IMG/VR virus record: IMGVR_UViG_3300045988_053936
Length of the DNA stretch: 51,533 bases
Strand: one strand, 5' to 3'
Origin: a virus
The position numbers and the translations under genes are program-made. Shown here one piece after another: positions 41,891 through 50,033 of this stretch; position 1 is the first letter of the stretch; each line of letters begins with the position of its first letter. Under the pieces are notes generated by a model. The model made no database searches and was not told where the DNA came from. It saw nothing but the letters and a program-made list of their open reading frames with translations.

Positions 41891-41914
41891 TAAAATATAA
41901 AATTCCGCTACCTC

Positions 41915-41935
41915 AAACTTCATAGAGATAGCGGA
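41915..41935. repeat. Left copy of the 21-bp inverted repeat flanking the lipoprotein moron
   Basis: AAACTTCATAGAGATAGCGGA is the exact reverse complement of 42942-42962. It is also part of a local 10-bp hairpin (41905-41934). Confidence 0.9.
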
Positions 41936-41950
41936 AACCTCGATACGCCT

Positions 41951-41990
41951 AGAAATAAAACGGCCCTCCGCCTATTCCTAAGCGGAGGGC
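41951..41990 (-). terminator. Terminator of the lipoprotein moron
   Basis: A 9-bp stem GCCCUCCGC/GCGGAGGGC is followed by CGUUUUAUUU on the minus strand. Confidence 0.7.
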
Positions 41991-42002
41991 GATTATTAAA
42001 TT

Positions 42003-42881
42003 TCAGAACTTAAAATCTGAGGTTGAGTAATCATCAAACATGATGTTCCCACTTGCATGTATATCTTCTACTACTTCTGGCAATTCATCAAATCTGACCT
42101 CAATAAGATTTTCTTCATTTGCTGATATTGAATGGCTTGTGATATGTCCACTATCAACTCCATTTACATGCAAGTCAAAAAATCCAATTGTTAGATTTTG
42201 GCCCGTTTTATTGACAACAGAAAAAACCATTGCAGATTTTGGAACATCCAGATTATCAGCAGCATACACCGTTTCATACTCTACTACACCATTATATACT
42301 ATAGAAATTTTATTGTCACTATACAAAGTATCGCCAATATTTAAGTCTCTTCTCTGACTTAATTCTTCATCTAGTTCCTTTTGAGCATCCTGTTTAGTGG
42401 AGTCTACATCTTCTTTTGTTATAACAACAAGTTCACTTTTGTCATTCATGGTATCACAAAAAGCTATATCATCTCCGCTTTTGTATTCCTGAATTTGAAT
42501 AGAAGTTTGCAAATTTTTCTCCTCTGATGGACAATTAAAGATAACTGTCCCAAGGCATTTATACACAGATTGATTATTCTCGCAAATAATTTCAATCAAT
42601 CGATCTACATCAATTGCACATACACTCGGGTCGTCCTGTCTTGCGCTCTCTCCGACAAAAGATATTTCTAAGTTATAGTAGCTACCCGTTTCATTGATTG
42701 ACTCAATATCGACACGAAAGCTTCTATTTTGCAAAAATGCGTTTTCCACATCTTCCGTGCTTGCAATTTCTGGATTGTTAGAATCTGATGTATCATGATA
42801 TTCATGTTCAGTACTCTCGCCACATGACGTTAACCCGATAATCATTAAAAAGGCAAATAGTACAGAAAAAAATTTCTTCAT
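42003..42881 (-). CDS. Lipoprotein (moron between the chaperones and tape measure)
   Basis: Signal peptide plus lipobox MKKFFSVLFAFLMIIGLTSC. AT-rich relative to the flanking DNA. Confidence 0.8.
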   Translation of the reverse strand: MKKFFSVLFAFLMIIGLTSCGESTEHEYHDTSDSNNPEIASTEDVENAFLQNRSFRVDIESINETGSYYNLEISFVGESARQDDPSVCAIDVDRLIEIICENNQSVYKCLGTVIFNCPSEEKNLQTSIQIQEYKSGDDIAFCDTMNDKSELVVITKEDVDSTKQDAQKELDEELSQRRDLNIGDTLYSDNKISIVYNGVVEYETVYAADNLDVPKSAMVFSVVNKTGQNLTIGFFDLHVNGVDSGHITSHSISANEENLIEVRFDELPEVVEDIHASGNIMFDDYSTSDFKF

Positions 42882-42941
42882 TTTAATCGCCCCCCTTCAT
42901 TATATGATACATCACACAACGGAAGGAAATCAATCAAAATC

Positions 42942-42962
42942 TCCGCTATCTCTATGAAGTTT
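42942..42962. repeat. Right copy of the 21-bp inverted repeat
   Basis: TCCGCTATCTCTATGAAGTTT. Confidence 0.9.
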
Positions 42963-42981
42963 TCAAGGTGCAACGGGGACG

Positions 42982-43395
42982 CTATTTCTTCCCCCAGCTC
43001 TTTCCGGCCCTTACCATCTGGCTCATATACGCCTTTGCAAACAATGCGTCCCGCTCTTCCTGCTGTTCAGATTTCTCTTCGGGCTTATCTTTCCCAAACA
43101 AAGGATATGGCTCCGTTCGATACTCTATCGGTTTTGCACCATTTTTGGCAAAAGCATGAAGAATGGGGGAGACGTCGCACAAAGCCTCATAAATGTACAT
43201 TCCCATCAAATGGGACTCCGCATTTGTTCGCTCCATACGACGTCTATCAGCCTCCCTATAAATGTTCACCATCCACACGTCTCCGTTCCAGTATTGCTCC
43301 CATGTCATACCGATAGAGAGATAATACGAACAGTCACGCACGAACAGTTCTTCAAATGACTCCGGACCCTTTACAGCTCCAGAGTCAGTCCGGAG
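42982..43395 (-). CDS. Tail assembly chaperone, -1 frame extension (gpT-like part of the G-T fusion)
   Basis: The -1 frame is open from the slippery site to 42982, so the track start (GTG 43341) is unlikely to be a real initiation site. Confidence 0.65.
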   Translation of the reverse strand, partial: LRTDSGAVKGPESFEELFVRDCSYYLSIGMTWEQYWNGDVWMVNIYREADRRRMERTNAESHLMGMYIYEALCDVSPILHAFAKNGAKPIEYRTEPYPLFGKDKPEEKSEQQEERDALFAKAYMSQMVRAGKSWGKK

Positions 43396-43745
43396 TTTTT
43401 TGCGGCGTCCTCGTCAACAACGATAGAGTTGGCCGCAAGAGCTTGCTGATAAAGCTGAATGAGCCGCTTCACCAGTTCCTCCGGGATGCCGCCGCCCCAC
43501 TTTTCGATCAACTTGTCTGTCTTTTCCCTAGAGATATTCCGGTGGTTCTTGCGGAACGCATAGTAGAACAGGTCCCTCATGCCAGTAACAGGATACTCAA
43601 TGGCATCTTCCAGCTTGAATTTGTTACGTTCAGCAAACACAATACTCTCACGAGAAAAATCCAGGACATAAACTTGCCCGGTCTTATCATCAGTCAGGCG
43701 GGCAGGCTTTACGATGTCCTGAATATCAATGGTCTTTTCGCTCAT
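43371..43745 (-). CDS. Tail assembly chaperone (gpG-like)
   Basis: 124-aa ORF between the major tail and tape measure genes. A slippery heptamer lies near its 3' end. Confidence 0.75.
   Translation of the reverse strand: MSEKTIDIQDIVKPARLTDDKTGQVYVLDFSRESIVFAERNKFKLEDAIEYPVTGMRDLFYYAFRKNHRNISREKTDKLIEKWGGGIPEELVKRLIQLYQQALAANSIVVDEDAAKNSGLTLEL
43395..43401 (-). promoter_or_regulatory. Programmed -1 frameshift slippery site A_AAA_AAC
   Basis: The zero frame reads gcA AAA AAC. After a -1 slip the frame is open into the gpT-like ORF. Confidence 0.7.
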
Positions 43746-43770
43746 TTGTATGCCTCCTCAAGATTGTTAA

Positions 43771-44247
43771 TCAGGGTCCCTCGGTGGGTTTTGCCGCCAT
43801 CACAGGGGCACTATTTGGCGTGATATAAAGCGTGGTTTCCAGCATGGAGCCGACGCTTGCCTCGTTCAGGCCAAGGGGGGCCGGGGTGCCAACGAAGTAA
43901 GTAGCATCTGCCAGCTGCGGATGAACCACCGCAAACCACACTTGCTTTCCTTCATCAATAGCGCCGTCATAGGCGCCCATAAGGGTATCCCAAGCGTCGA
44001 TCAGGTCCTCGGTCAGGTTAGCGCCATACTCCAGAGCGCCGCCCAGGTCCTTGAGGCCCTGCACATAGGTCATGTACTCCGTTTCCTTCAAGGTAGTAGA
44101 GTCAATGGTGTTCGGGGACGGGTTGAAGCTAGGCATGGACTTTACTTCCGGGATTTCGATATATCCAGTAGTGGGGCGAGTACCCGCAGAAGTCTCAACG
44201 GCATACTGAAGTGTCATTCCAGCAGTAGAAAGTCTCGGACTTGCCAT
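43771..44247 (-). CDS. Major tail protein
   Basis: 158 aa, located between the tail terminator and the chaperones. No sheath gene is present. Confidence 0.7.
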   Translation of the reverse strand: MASPRLSTAGMTLQYAVETSAGTRPTTGYIEIPEVKSMPSFNPSPNTIDSTTLKETEYMTYVQGLKDLGGALEYGANLTEDLIDAWDTLMGAYDGAIDEGKQVWFAVVHPQLADATYFVGTPAPLGLNEASVGSMLETTLYITPNSAPVMAAKPTEGP

Positions 44248-44269
44248 AGTAAATTACCTCTTTTCTGAA

Positions 44270-44674
44270 TTAGTCTGCACGGTAAACCCACAAATCCTTG
44301 TCTACCGTGGCTGTGTATCTTGCCACCATTCTGTAGATCGTGGCGTCGCTCAGGTTTGAAATAGGATTGCACATTGTCCGCGCAAATCCCAGTTTGGAAA
44401 ATTCGCCATCAACGGCTTCCATAATGTCTTTTGCCTCGGACTTCTTGTAGCCGACGGTATTGGTGTAAACATTTACCTCATACATCAGCGTTGCGGCATT
44501 TTCAATGTTGGCCGTTCGCATTCGCTGTACTATCGCATTATCGCTCTCCACAATAGTAACAGCGGGAAATTTGGCGGGGGTATCTACATATTCGCCACTA
44601 ACGAATATTCCTGGAAAAGCCACCCGGAGGGCTTCTGCGACCTGACTGAATATCAGGCTCTCCACGTCAATCAC
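44270..44674 (-). CDS. Tail terminator / completion protein (DUF3168-like)
   Basis: Assigned by position and size. Confidence 0.5.
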   Translation of the reverse strand: MIDVESLIFSQVAEALRVAFPGIFVSGEYVDTPAKFPAVTIVESDNAIVQRMRTANIENAATLMYEVNVYTNTVGYKKSEAKDIMEAVDGEFSKLGFARTMCNPISNLSDATIYRMVARYTATVDKDLWVYRAD

Positions 44675-45153
44675 TTCAACGCCTCCTTTGCCGCCGGGAT
44701 GACCATTTGTCTGAGTTGCTGTGCCGTGTTGTACATATATGGCCTGGACGGCATACCTTTGGTCCAGTGCGCCCGCCCATCACGTCCAATGTACCACCAC
44801 CCCAGTTCTCCGTGGTCGTTCACGTCATACTTCCACCCAGCGATTGCGATATTCGGGTGTTGATTGTTCTTTCCCACGATGCCGGTGCCAAAGCACACGA
44901 AAGCGGCATGGGCAGCGTCCGCTATGACATACCCAACACCAGACTTTTGCTCGGCGTGGATGCTGTTGTACAACTCCCCGCTGTCGTAGGCGTTCATGTC
45001 AGACACGTTCATTTTGGCAATCTCAACGCCTTGCGCTGTCAGGTATTCAATCAGCTTTTTCGGTGCCTGCTCAACTTTCTTCTGGTACGCCTTGACTTCC
45101 TTCAACGCCTGATTGATGAAGTCCGTATTCAGTTTCAGTTTTATGGTCGGCAT
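44671..45153 (-). CDS. HK97 gp10-family neck protein
   Basis: N-terminus MPTIKLKLNTDF. GGAGG lies 6 nt upstream of the ATG. Confidence 0.6.
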   Translation of the reverse strand: MPTIKLKLNTDFINQALKEVKAYQKKVEQAPKKLIEYLTAQGVEIAKMNVSDMNAYDSGELYNSIHAEQKSGVGYVIADAAHAAFVCFGTGIVGKNNQHPNIAIAGWKYDVNDHGELGWWYIGRDGRAHWTKGMPSRPYMYNTAQQLRQMVIPAAKEALK

Positions 45154-45574
45154 AGGCGGCCTCCGCTTTTGCTTTCTGCTCGAACAGGTTTTTTTCTGCC
45201 TCGTACTCCGACACAGTGACCCTCTTTATGGCGTACTGCGTAGAATTTTTCCACGGGGCTTTCCGCTTTACGATGTAGTTATACGGGCCGTCTGTATCGG
45301 CCCCGTCTACCCACAGCACGGAGTTCTCATCGATGGGGCAATGCGGGTCGGCGGTGGTAGCCGTCCGGTCGTAATCCTCCAGAGAGCCAAACTGTTCCAC
45401 CTCAGAATTGCCCTTGTTAGGGGAGACGCAGAGCATAGTGGATTTCAATTCGCTGTAAATGGGGAGGTAACTTCCGAGGCTGTTACCAAATTCATCCATC
45501 AATTCTTCTGTTCCAATGAGGTTTTTGAAGAATACAGGCTGACAGTTAATCATTAAATTTCTGAAAACAATCAT
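45071..45574 (-). CDS. Head-closure / head-tail joining protein (assigned by position)
   Basis: 167-aa ORF. It has an unusual 83-nt overlap with the next gene, and its start is ambiguous (45574 or 45553). Confidence 0.4.
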   Translation of the reverse strand: MIVFRNLMINCQPVFFKNLIGTEELMDEFGNSLGSYLPIYSELKSTMLCVSPNKGNSEVEQFGSLEDYDRTATTADPHCPIDENSVLWVDGADTDGPYNYIVKRKAPWKNSTQYAIKRVTVSEYEAEKNLFEQKAKAEAAYADHKTETEYGLHQSGVEGSQGVPEES

Positions 45575-45579
45575 CCCCC

Positions 45580-46332
45580 TTACATATGAATAACGTCTTC
45601 TCCAGATAACCCGATTTTTACTCTATAGTATATCGTCGGTTCTGGAACTCCGCTTTCTTTGGAAAGCTCTTTTGCAGTCTTGTACTGTCCGTTAATTAGG
45701 ACTCTCACTTTCTTCCGAAGCGGCTTTTTGAGCGCGTCTTCTATGCTTGCGCCTTTCTTCATTCTCTGGCGTACCGCATCGTACGTTAATCCGTGTTCCT
45801 CAGAAATTTCTTTAATGGACTTTGGCAAATTTCGATTATGATATTGCGTTTTCATATCCACAAGCCTACAGTTTGATGGTTCGTAATTCCCGTCGTTGTT
45901 AATCCTATCTACTGTAAATTTACCTTGTGGAGCTGTTTCATCATAGCCGTTTTCCATAGCCCATTTTTCAAATGCAGTAAAATCAGACTCCCACTCAAAA
46001 CAAACAGATATACCGCGACCACCGTATCTATAATAATTGTCGCTATTGGGATCGTTGCACCTTTGCTTCATGCCTTTCCAAACTGCATAAAGTCTGGATT
46101 GTGATTTTCCGTGTGTTCTTTTCCCAATTTTGCGAGCGTGCAGATATTTTTCTTGTAAGCAACCACAAGATTTTGTTCTCCCACCGATAAGAGATCCGCT
46201 TTCTACAAGACTTGTGTTCCCGCAGTCACACTTGCAGAGCCAGACAATATGGTTGCACTTGTTTTTATCAGCCTGTGACAGAACTGTGAGCATCCCAAAT
46301 CTCTTGCCAGTTAAATCAACAAATTTTCCCAT
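45580..46332 (-). CDS. Homing-endonuclease-like DNA-binding protein (AP2-like core plus NUMOD-like HTH repeats)
   Basis: Contains LTGKRFGMLTVL..WLCKCDCGN..SCGC, YAVWKGMKQRCNDPN..YGGRGI and DRINNDGNYEPSNCR. AT-rich insert. ATG 46332 follows GCAGGAGG. Confidence 0.6.
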   Translation of the reverse strand: MGKFVDLTGKRFGMLTVLSQADKNKCNHIVWLCKCDCGNTSLVESGSLIGGRTKSCGCLQEKYLHARKIGKRTHGKSQSRLYAVWKGMKQRCNDPNSDNYYRYGGRGISVCFEWESDFTAFEKWAMENGYDETAPQGKFTVDRINNDGNYEPSNCRLVDMKTQYHNRNLPKSIKEISEEHGLTYDAVRQRMKKGASIEDALKKPLRKKVRVLINGQYKTAKELSKESGVPEPTIYYRVKIGLSGEDVIHM

Positions 46333-46416
46333 TTTTACCTCCTGCATAGGTATATTGAAGGGGTTAGGCGCAATGCAGGTGCGCCAACGGGAGCTAACCG
46401 CTGTCCCCCAGCAATA

Positions 46417-46722
46417 TCAACTTGTGACTTTTGCCATCGGAGTAACCTCCAAAAGCAACTCTTGTGGAATACCCTCAGAACCATAAGACCTGGACACACC
46501 GTTTTCCGTGTGGGCGGTCTCAAATTCGCCGCCCTGCTTGTTATAAATTGCAAGAGCTACCCTGAACTGCAAATCCAAATACCGGCTCTCCAGTTCCTCC
46601 GGCCACTCTTGAAAAGGGTAACGTCGGGCCATAATCGCTGACTTTGCGCTCTCTAGGCAATCTTGCAAGACAGTTTCGTCAACCTCTTCGGTTCGGAGTT
46701 TCAATCTCGCTAAGTTGTCCAT
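46417..46722 (-). CDS. Head-tail connector (gp6-like)
   Basis: Contains MDNLARLKLRTEE...AKSAIMARRYPF. ATG 46722 follows GGAGGGGG. Confidence 0.6.
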   Translation of the reverse strand: MDNLARLKLRTEEVDETVLQDCLESAKSAIMARRYPFQEWPEELESRYLDLQFRVALAIYNKQGGEFETAHTENGVSRSYGSEGIPQELLLEVTPMAKVTS

Positions 46723-46900
46723 TATTCCCCCTCCTCGGTCTCCCGGCCCTTCGTTCAGCAGCGGGAGGCGGCGTCGGTTCATCCAACACCGTCCCGTGCC
46801 GCTTCATCATATCCGCGTCGTCGGCCTTGATAGGAAATTGATCCCCAGCCTCATAAAACCGACCGCCATAACACACGCGGTAATTTGGTATAAACTTCAT
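46679..46900 (-). CDS. Hypothetical protein (73 aa)
   Basis: ATG 46900 follows GGGAGG. It overlaps the connector start by 44 nt. Confidence 0.45.
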   Translation of the reverse strand: MKFIPNYRVCYGGRFYEAGDQFPIKADDADMMKRHGTVLDEPTPPPAAERRAGRPRRGNNGQLSEIETPNRRG

Positions 46901-46916
46901 GCTGCCTCCCGCTTTT

Positions 46917-47240
46917 TTAGTTCTCAAATGTGGCCCCAGCAAAATTGAACTTCACAACACTGCTGTCATCCACAAGGACTTCAAAGGTGTCATCTTTTGT
47001 TACCCGGAAAATAATATCCGGATCAAATGCGATGTCCTGCTTGGTCGGAGAACCGTTTTTCTTAAATGTCATCTTGGTCCCGGTCTTGGTCAAGTGGAAT
47101 GGGAAGTAATAACCTTCCTGCTCGTCCGGCTCGGAACTGAACTCGGCGTATCCCGTTACATGATGGAACGTACCGACCACGGAACCATCAGCCTTGACCA
47201 TCAGGTCATCTCCTACCAGTTCGGACACCTGCTTCCCCAA
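46917..47240 (-). CDS. Hypothetical structural protein (107 aa)
   Basis: Lies immediately downstream of the capsid gene. Confidence 0.5.
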   Translation of the reverse strand: MGKQVSELVGDDLMVKADGSVVGTFHHVTGYAEFSSEPDEQEGYYFPFHLTKTGTKMTFKKNGSPTKQDIAFDPDIIFRVTKDDTFEVLVDDSSVVKFNFAGATFEN

Positions 47241-47242
47241 TA

Positions 47243-47282
47243 GGGTCTGACTGCCGGGGAAAAGGGTTAGAGTGTCAGACCC
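47243..47282 (-). promoter_or_regulatory. 9-bp stem-loop directly after the major capsid gene
   Basis: GGGTCTGAC (47243-47251) pairs with GTCAGACCC (47274-47282). There is no U tract. Confidence 0.45.
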
Positions 47283-47284
47283 GA

Positions 47285-48355
47285 TTATTCCCCCAGGACG
47301 TTGAGCACCGCCACCTCGTCCATGCGCTCGAAGGAGGGCAGAACGATTTCAGACGCAAAAGTGTTGATATTTACAGGATGCTCCTGAAGAATACGGGTAA
47401 TCGCAACGCCTGTATTCACAATGGAAACCTCGGCGCTGGACGCTCCACGCAGGTCTACCTCCTCTGGTGTTGTACCATACCAAGTGCTGCCAAGAGTTCC
47501 ATCAGGAACCAGGCACACATAGCCATTGGGCACAAAAGCGTGAGCCACCTTGCTCTCGTCTCGGTACTGTTTGTCATAAATCGCAATACGAAGCCCCGCT
47601 GTAGACTCGATAACAGCCTTTACCTCTGTGTCAGTCAGATAAGCAAGAGAAATCGCATTGGTGGTCAAATATCGATTTTTAACTGCATCAATCTTAGTAA
47701 GCAGATTGAAGGTATAGGAGTTCATAATGGCAACCGTCAGTTCAGTTCCGGTCTTAGAACGGATAGCGTCCTTGACCGTTTTGAATGCCGCAAAGGGATC
47801 AGCCGTAGAGGGCTTGTCCCAAGTGGCTGTATCAGTCAGTGCGGTGTAGTTAGAGGTCTTCCAGGAGCCGTCCGTATCATACTTGTAGGTATAGTTCACG
47901 CCATTTGCCTTGATCGCAATACCCACATCGCCACCCTCAGGGAACAGCAGCTGCATAATCATGCGCTCAGGAACAACGTTCGCGCCGTCAATAAGGTCAC
48001 GGGTATCGTCAAATACACGGGCAATCACCTCGGCAGCATAGGGGTCGCTAGACTCCTGTACCCGCAGCATCTCTTGGCGGTCCTTCTCTTTGATTTTATA
48101 GCCCTCGCGGAAGAAAGGCATCTCGGTCTCCAGTTTCTCAAATCCAATCCGATCACGGAAGGTAGCCTTCGCGTCGAATGCGGAGGGCATCAGAGACACA
48201 GGCAGACCACGGGAACCTTTGAGCCAAGACAGATCAAGGCCAGCCTTTTTTCTTGCCGGAAACAGAGTGGCACCGAGATAAGGAATCTGATTGGAGGCAA
48301 CTTCAGTCCAGTTTGCCGCAATCGCAGCGGGAGTAAAAACTTCTCTCAAATCCAT
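47285..48355 (-). CDS. Major capsid protein (lambda gpE-like family)
   Basis: 356 aa. The N-terminus FTPAAIAANWTEVASNQIPYLGATLFP is gpE-like, and the gene order is decoration, capsid. Confidence 0.8.
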   Translation of the reverse strand: MDLREVFTPAAIAANWTEVASNQIPYLGATLFPARKKAGLDLSWLKGSRGLPVSLMPSAFDAKATFRDRIGFEKLETEMPFFREGYKIKEKDRQEMLRVQESSDPYAAEVIARVFDDTRDLIDGANVVPERMIMQLLFPEGGDVGIAIKANGVNYTYKYDTDGSWKTSNYTALTDTATWDKPSTADPFAAFKTVKDAIRSKTGTELTVAIMNSYTFNLLTKIDAVKNRYLTTNAISLAYLTDTEVKAVIESTAGLRIAIYDKQYRDESKVAHAFVPNGYVCLVPDGTLGSTWYGTTPEEVDLRGASSAEVSIVNTGVAITRILQEHPVNINTFASEIVLPSFERMDEVAVLNVLGE

Positions 48356-48368
48356 TATGTATCCCTCC

Positions 48369-48701
48369 TTACTCGTTCACGCCAATGTTGTCCCGCAGGA
48401 TAATGCCGGGCACATCGAAAGTGGCGTCCAGCGTAATACTTGCATGGTCCTCGATCTTTTTCTTGTCCACAACTCCCTGTACCAGCAGAGCACCATTGGG
48501 ATTCTCAGTCGGGTCCACATCATACAGCAGCATACCAACAGCGGTAGCATAAGAGGTAGCGGCCACCTTCTTGCCCGCAGCAGTCATGGGCATACCAGCA
48601 GGGACAGCAGAGGCTTCCGTGACACAAATGGGGATTGCCACAAAATCGTCGGCAGCCAGAATTTCAACGGTGCCGCCAACAGAAGTCTTACTAAACTTCA
48701 T
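48369..48701 (-). CDS. Head decoration protein-like
   Basis: 110 aa, directly upstream of the gpE-like capsid gene. Confidence 0.5.
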   Translation of the reverse strand: MKFSKTSVGGTVEILAADDFVAIPICVTEASAVPAGMPMTAAGKKVAATSYATAVGMLLYDVDPTENPNGALLVQGVVDKKKIEDHASITLDATFDVPGIILRDNIGVNE

Positions 48702-48720
48702 CTGTTTCTCTCCTTTTCAA

Positions 48721-49290
48721 TCAAAAGTAATGTTTCAAACCTTCGTTTGCATTTTTGAGGGCATCGGCCCGCTGCTTGCCCAGTTTCTTGGCAAACTCCA
48801 CGGCCTCATCCTTGCCGCCATCTCCACCACCAGCACCGTCAGGCTTAGGGTCCTGCTTCACCAGATCAGCCCGCAACTTCTTCTCATAGGCAGCGTTGGC
48901 TTTCTGCTGATTGGCAAAGACCACATCCATCTTGCCGTCAAACAGCGCCTCTGCTGTCTCGCGGGCCAGCTTCTCGTCATAGCCCGGCATGGCGATATAG
49001 CGGGCGGTGTGCTCGGCAATAGTGGACTTGCGCAGAAGTTCGGTGTACTTGTCCTCCAGCGCCTTGCGGTCAGCGTCAGCCTGCGCCTTTGCGGCCTCGT
49101 CATCGGTCATCTTGGATTTGAGCTGCTTGGACAGGTTGGCTGCCTCGGTAGCCTTGGCATCGAAAACTTCTTTCTTCACATAGCCGCTCAGGTCAACCGG
49201 GTCGGGCACATCAAGCCCCAGCAGGGCAGTAACCTTGTCGGCGTCGCTCATTTCCGCGAAGCCCTGGATGCTGTCGGTGGAAATCTTCAT
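48721..49290 (-). CDS. Scaffolding protein
   Basis: A charged, helical 189-aa protein located between the MuF-like and capsid genes. Confidence 0.7.
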   Translation of the reverse strand: MKISTDSIQGFAEMSDADKVTALLGLDVPDPVDLSGYVKKEVFDAKATEAANLSKQLKSKMTDDEAAKAQADADRKALEDKYTELLRKSTIAEHTARYIAMPGYDEKLARETAEALFDGKMDVVFANQQKANAAYEKKLRADLVKQDPKPDGAGGGDGGKDEAVEFAKKLGKQRADALKNANEGLKHYF

Positions 49291-49315
49291 GTAAATTCTC
49301 CTTTTGGGTTTTATA

Positions 49316-49393
49316 AGTGTTCTCTCACTATGTTTTTGGGTTATTAAGCGTTCTCTCGCTGTTGGGAAATTTGTACCGCCCCTTCTCTGGGGC
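49316..49393 (-). promoter_or_regulatory. Three hairpins with identical AGAGAA loops upstream of the scaffold gene
   Basis: In minus-strand RNA these are GCCCC-AGAGAA-GGGGC (49393-49378), AGCG-AGAGAA-CGCU (49360-49347) and AGUG-AGAGAA-CACU (49329-49316). The last two sit in a tandem of two units of about 31 nt. Confidence 0.55.
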
Positions 49394-49421
49394 CATATTC
49401 AAACGGCTGGGCCGCTTAAAT

Positions 49422-50033
49422 TCACTTTTTCTCCGCCGGGGTATACCAGCACCGACAACCAGGGTGGGGCTTGCTTGGTATGCTCCGGATGGGATAAATT
49501 TTCCCGTCTCGTTCCTTACAAGCGGAGCACTCACGCCCGTCATTCATGGTGTTCCATTTCACATAGCGCACACCGCTGTCTTGAAATGCTTTCAGTGTGG
49601 ATTGGTCTGTGACTTCCACCGCATACCATTCCGTCATCTGCGCCCAGTAGGAAAGGCCCCGTCGAAACTCTGTGACCTTTGCGGTGGTCGAGTTAATAGC
49701 CTCCGCTGTGCGGTCACGCTTGCGCTCCCATTCGTGGGAATACTGGTATTTCGTCACAGCGTTGTACGCCGCCAGCAATGCCAGTAACCACGCTAAATCA
49801 GGTGGTTCCTTTCCGTGCGGTTCGGCCTCCTGATACCGCTCTTGCGCCAGTTCAAGAAAGATTTCCTGATTATCATGGGCGAGGTCTTGATACAGTGTTC
49901 GGGTGACTTCCAGCACATTGAGTTCATCAAATTTCGCCAGTGCCGCTTCGTCTTTGGCATCCTCAAACCGCTTGACCGCCCTCCTGTTCAAAATATCGAT
50001 GGCTTTGTCAGTGAGGTCATAGAATCCGCTCAT
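49422..50033 (-). CDS. Minor head protein (Mu F / SPP1 gp7-like)
   Basis: The C-terminal VKWNTMNDGRECSACKERDGKIYP...PHPGCRCW motif is present. ATGA overlap with the portal gene. Confidence 0.75.
   Translation of the reverse strand: MSGFYDLTDKAIDILNRRAVKRFEDAKDEAALAKFDELNVLEVTRTLYQDLAHDNQEIFLELAQERYQEAEPHGKEPPDLAWLLALLAAYNAVTKYQYSHEWERKRDRTAEAINSTTAKVTEFRRGLSYWAQMTEWYAVEVTDQSTLKAFQDSGVRYVKWNTMNDGRECSACKERDGKIYPIRSIPSKPHPGCRCWYTPAEKK

Noticed and set aside
42899-42909. TATAAT/TATCAT hexamers as an independent promoter for the lipoprotein moron
   Set aside because: No acceptable -35 element lies at 16-18 nt. The TATAAT would place the transcription start inside the RBS. Autonomous expression remains possible but is unsupported.
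47378-48403. 341-aa plus-strand ORF antisense to the major capsid gene
   Set aside because: The capsid frame is strongly supported. The antisense ORF lacks an RBS.
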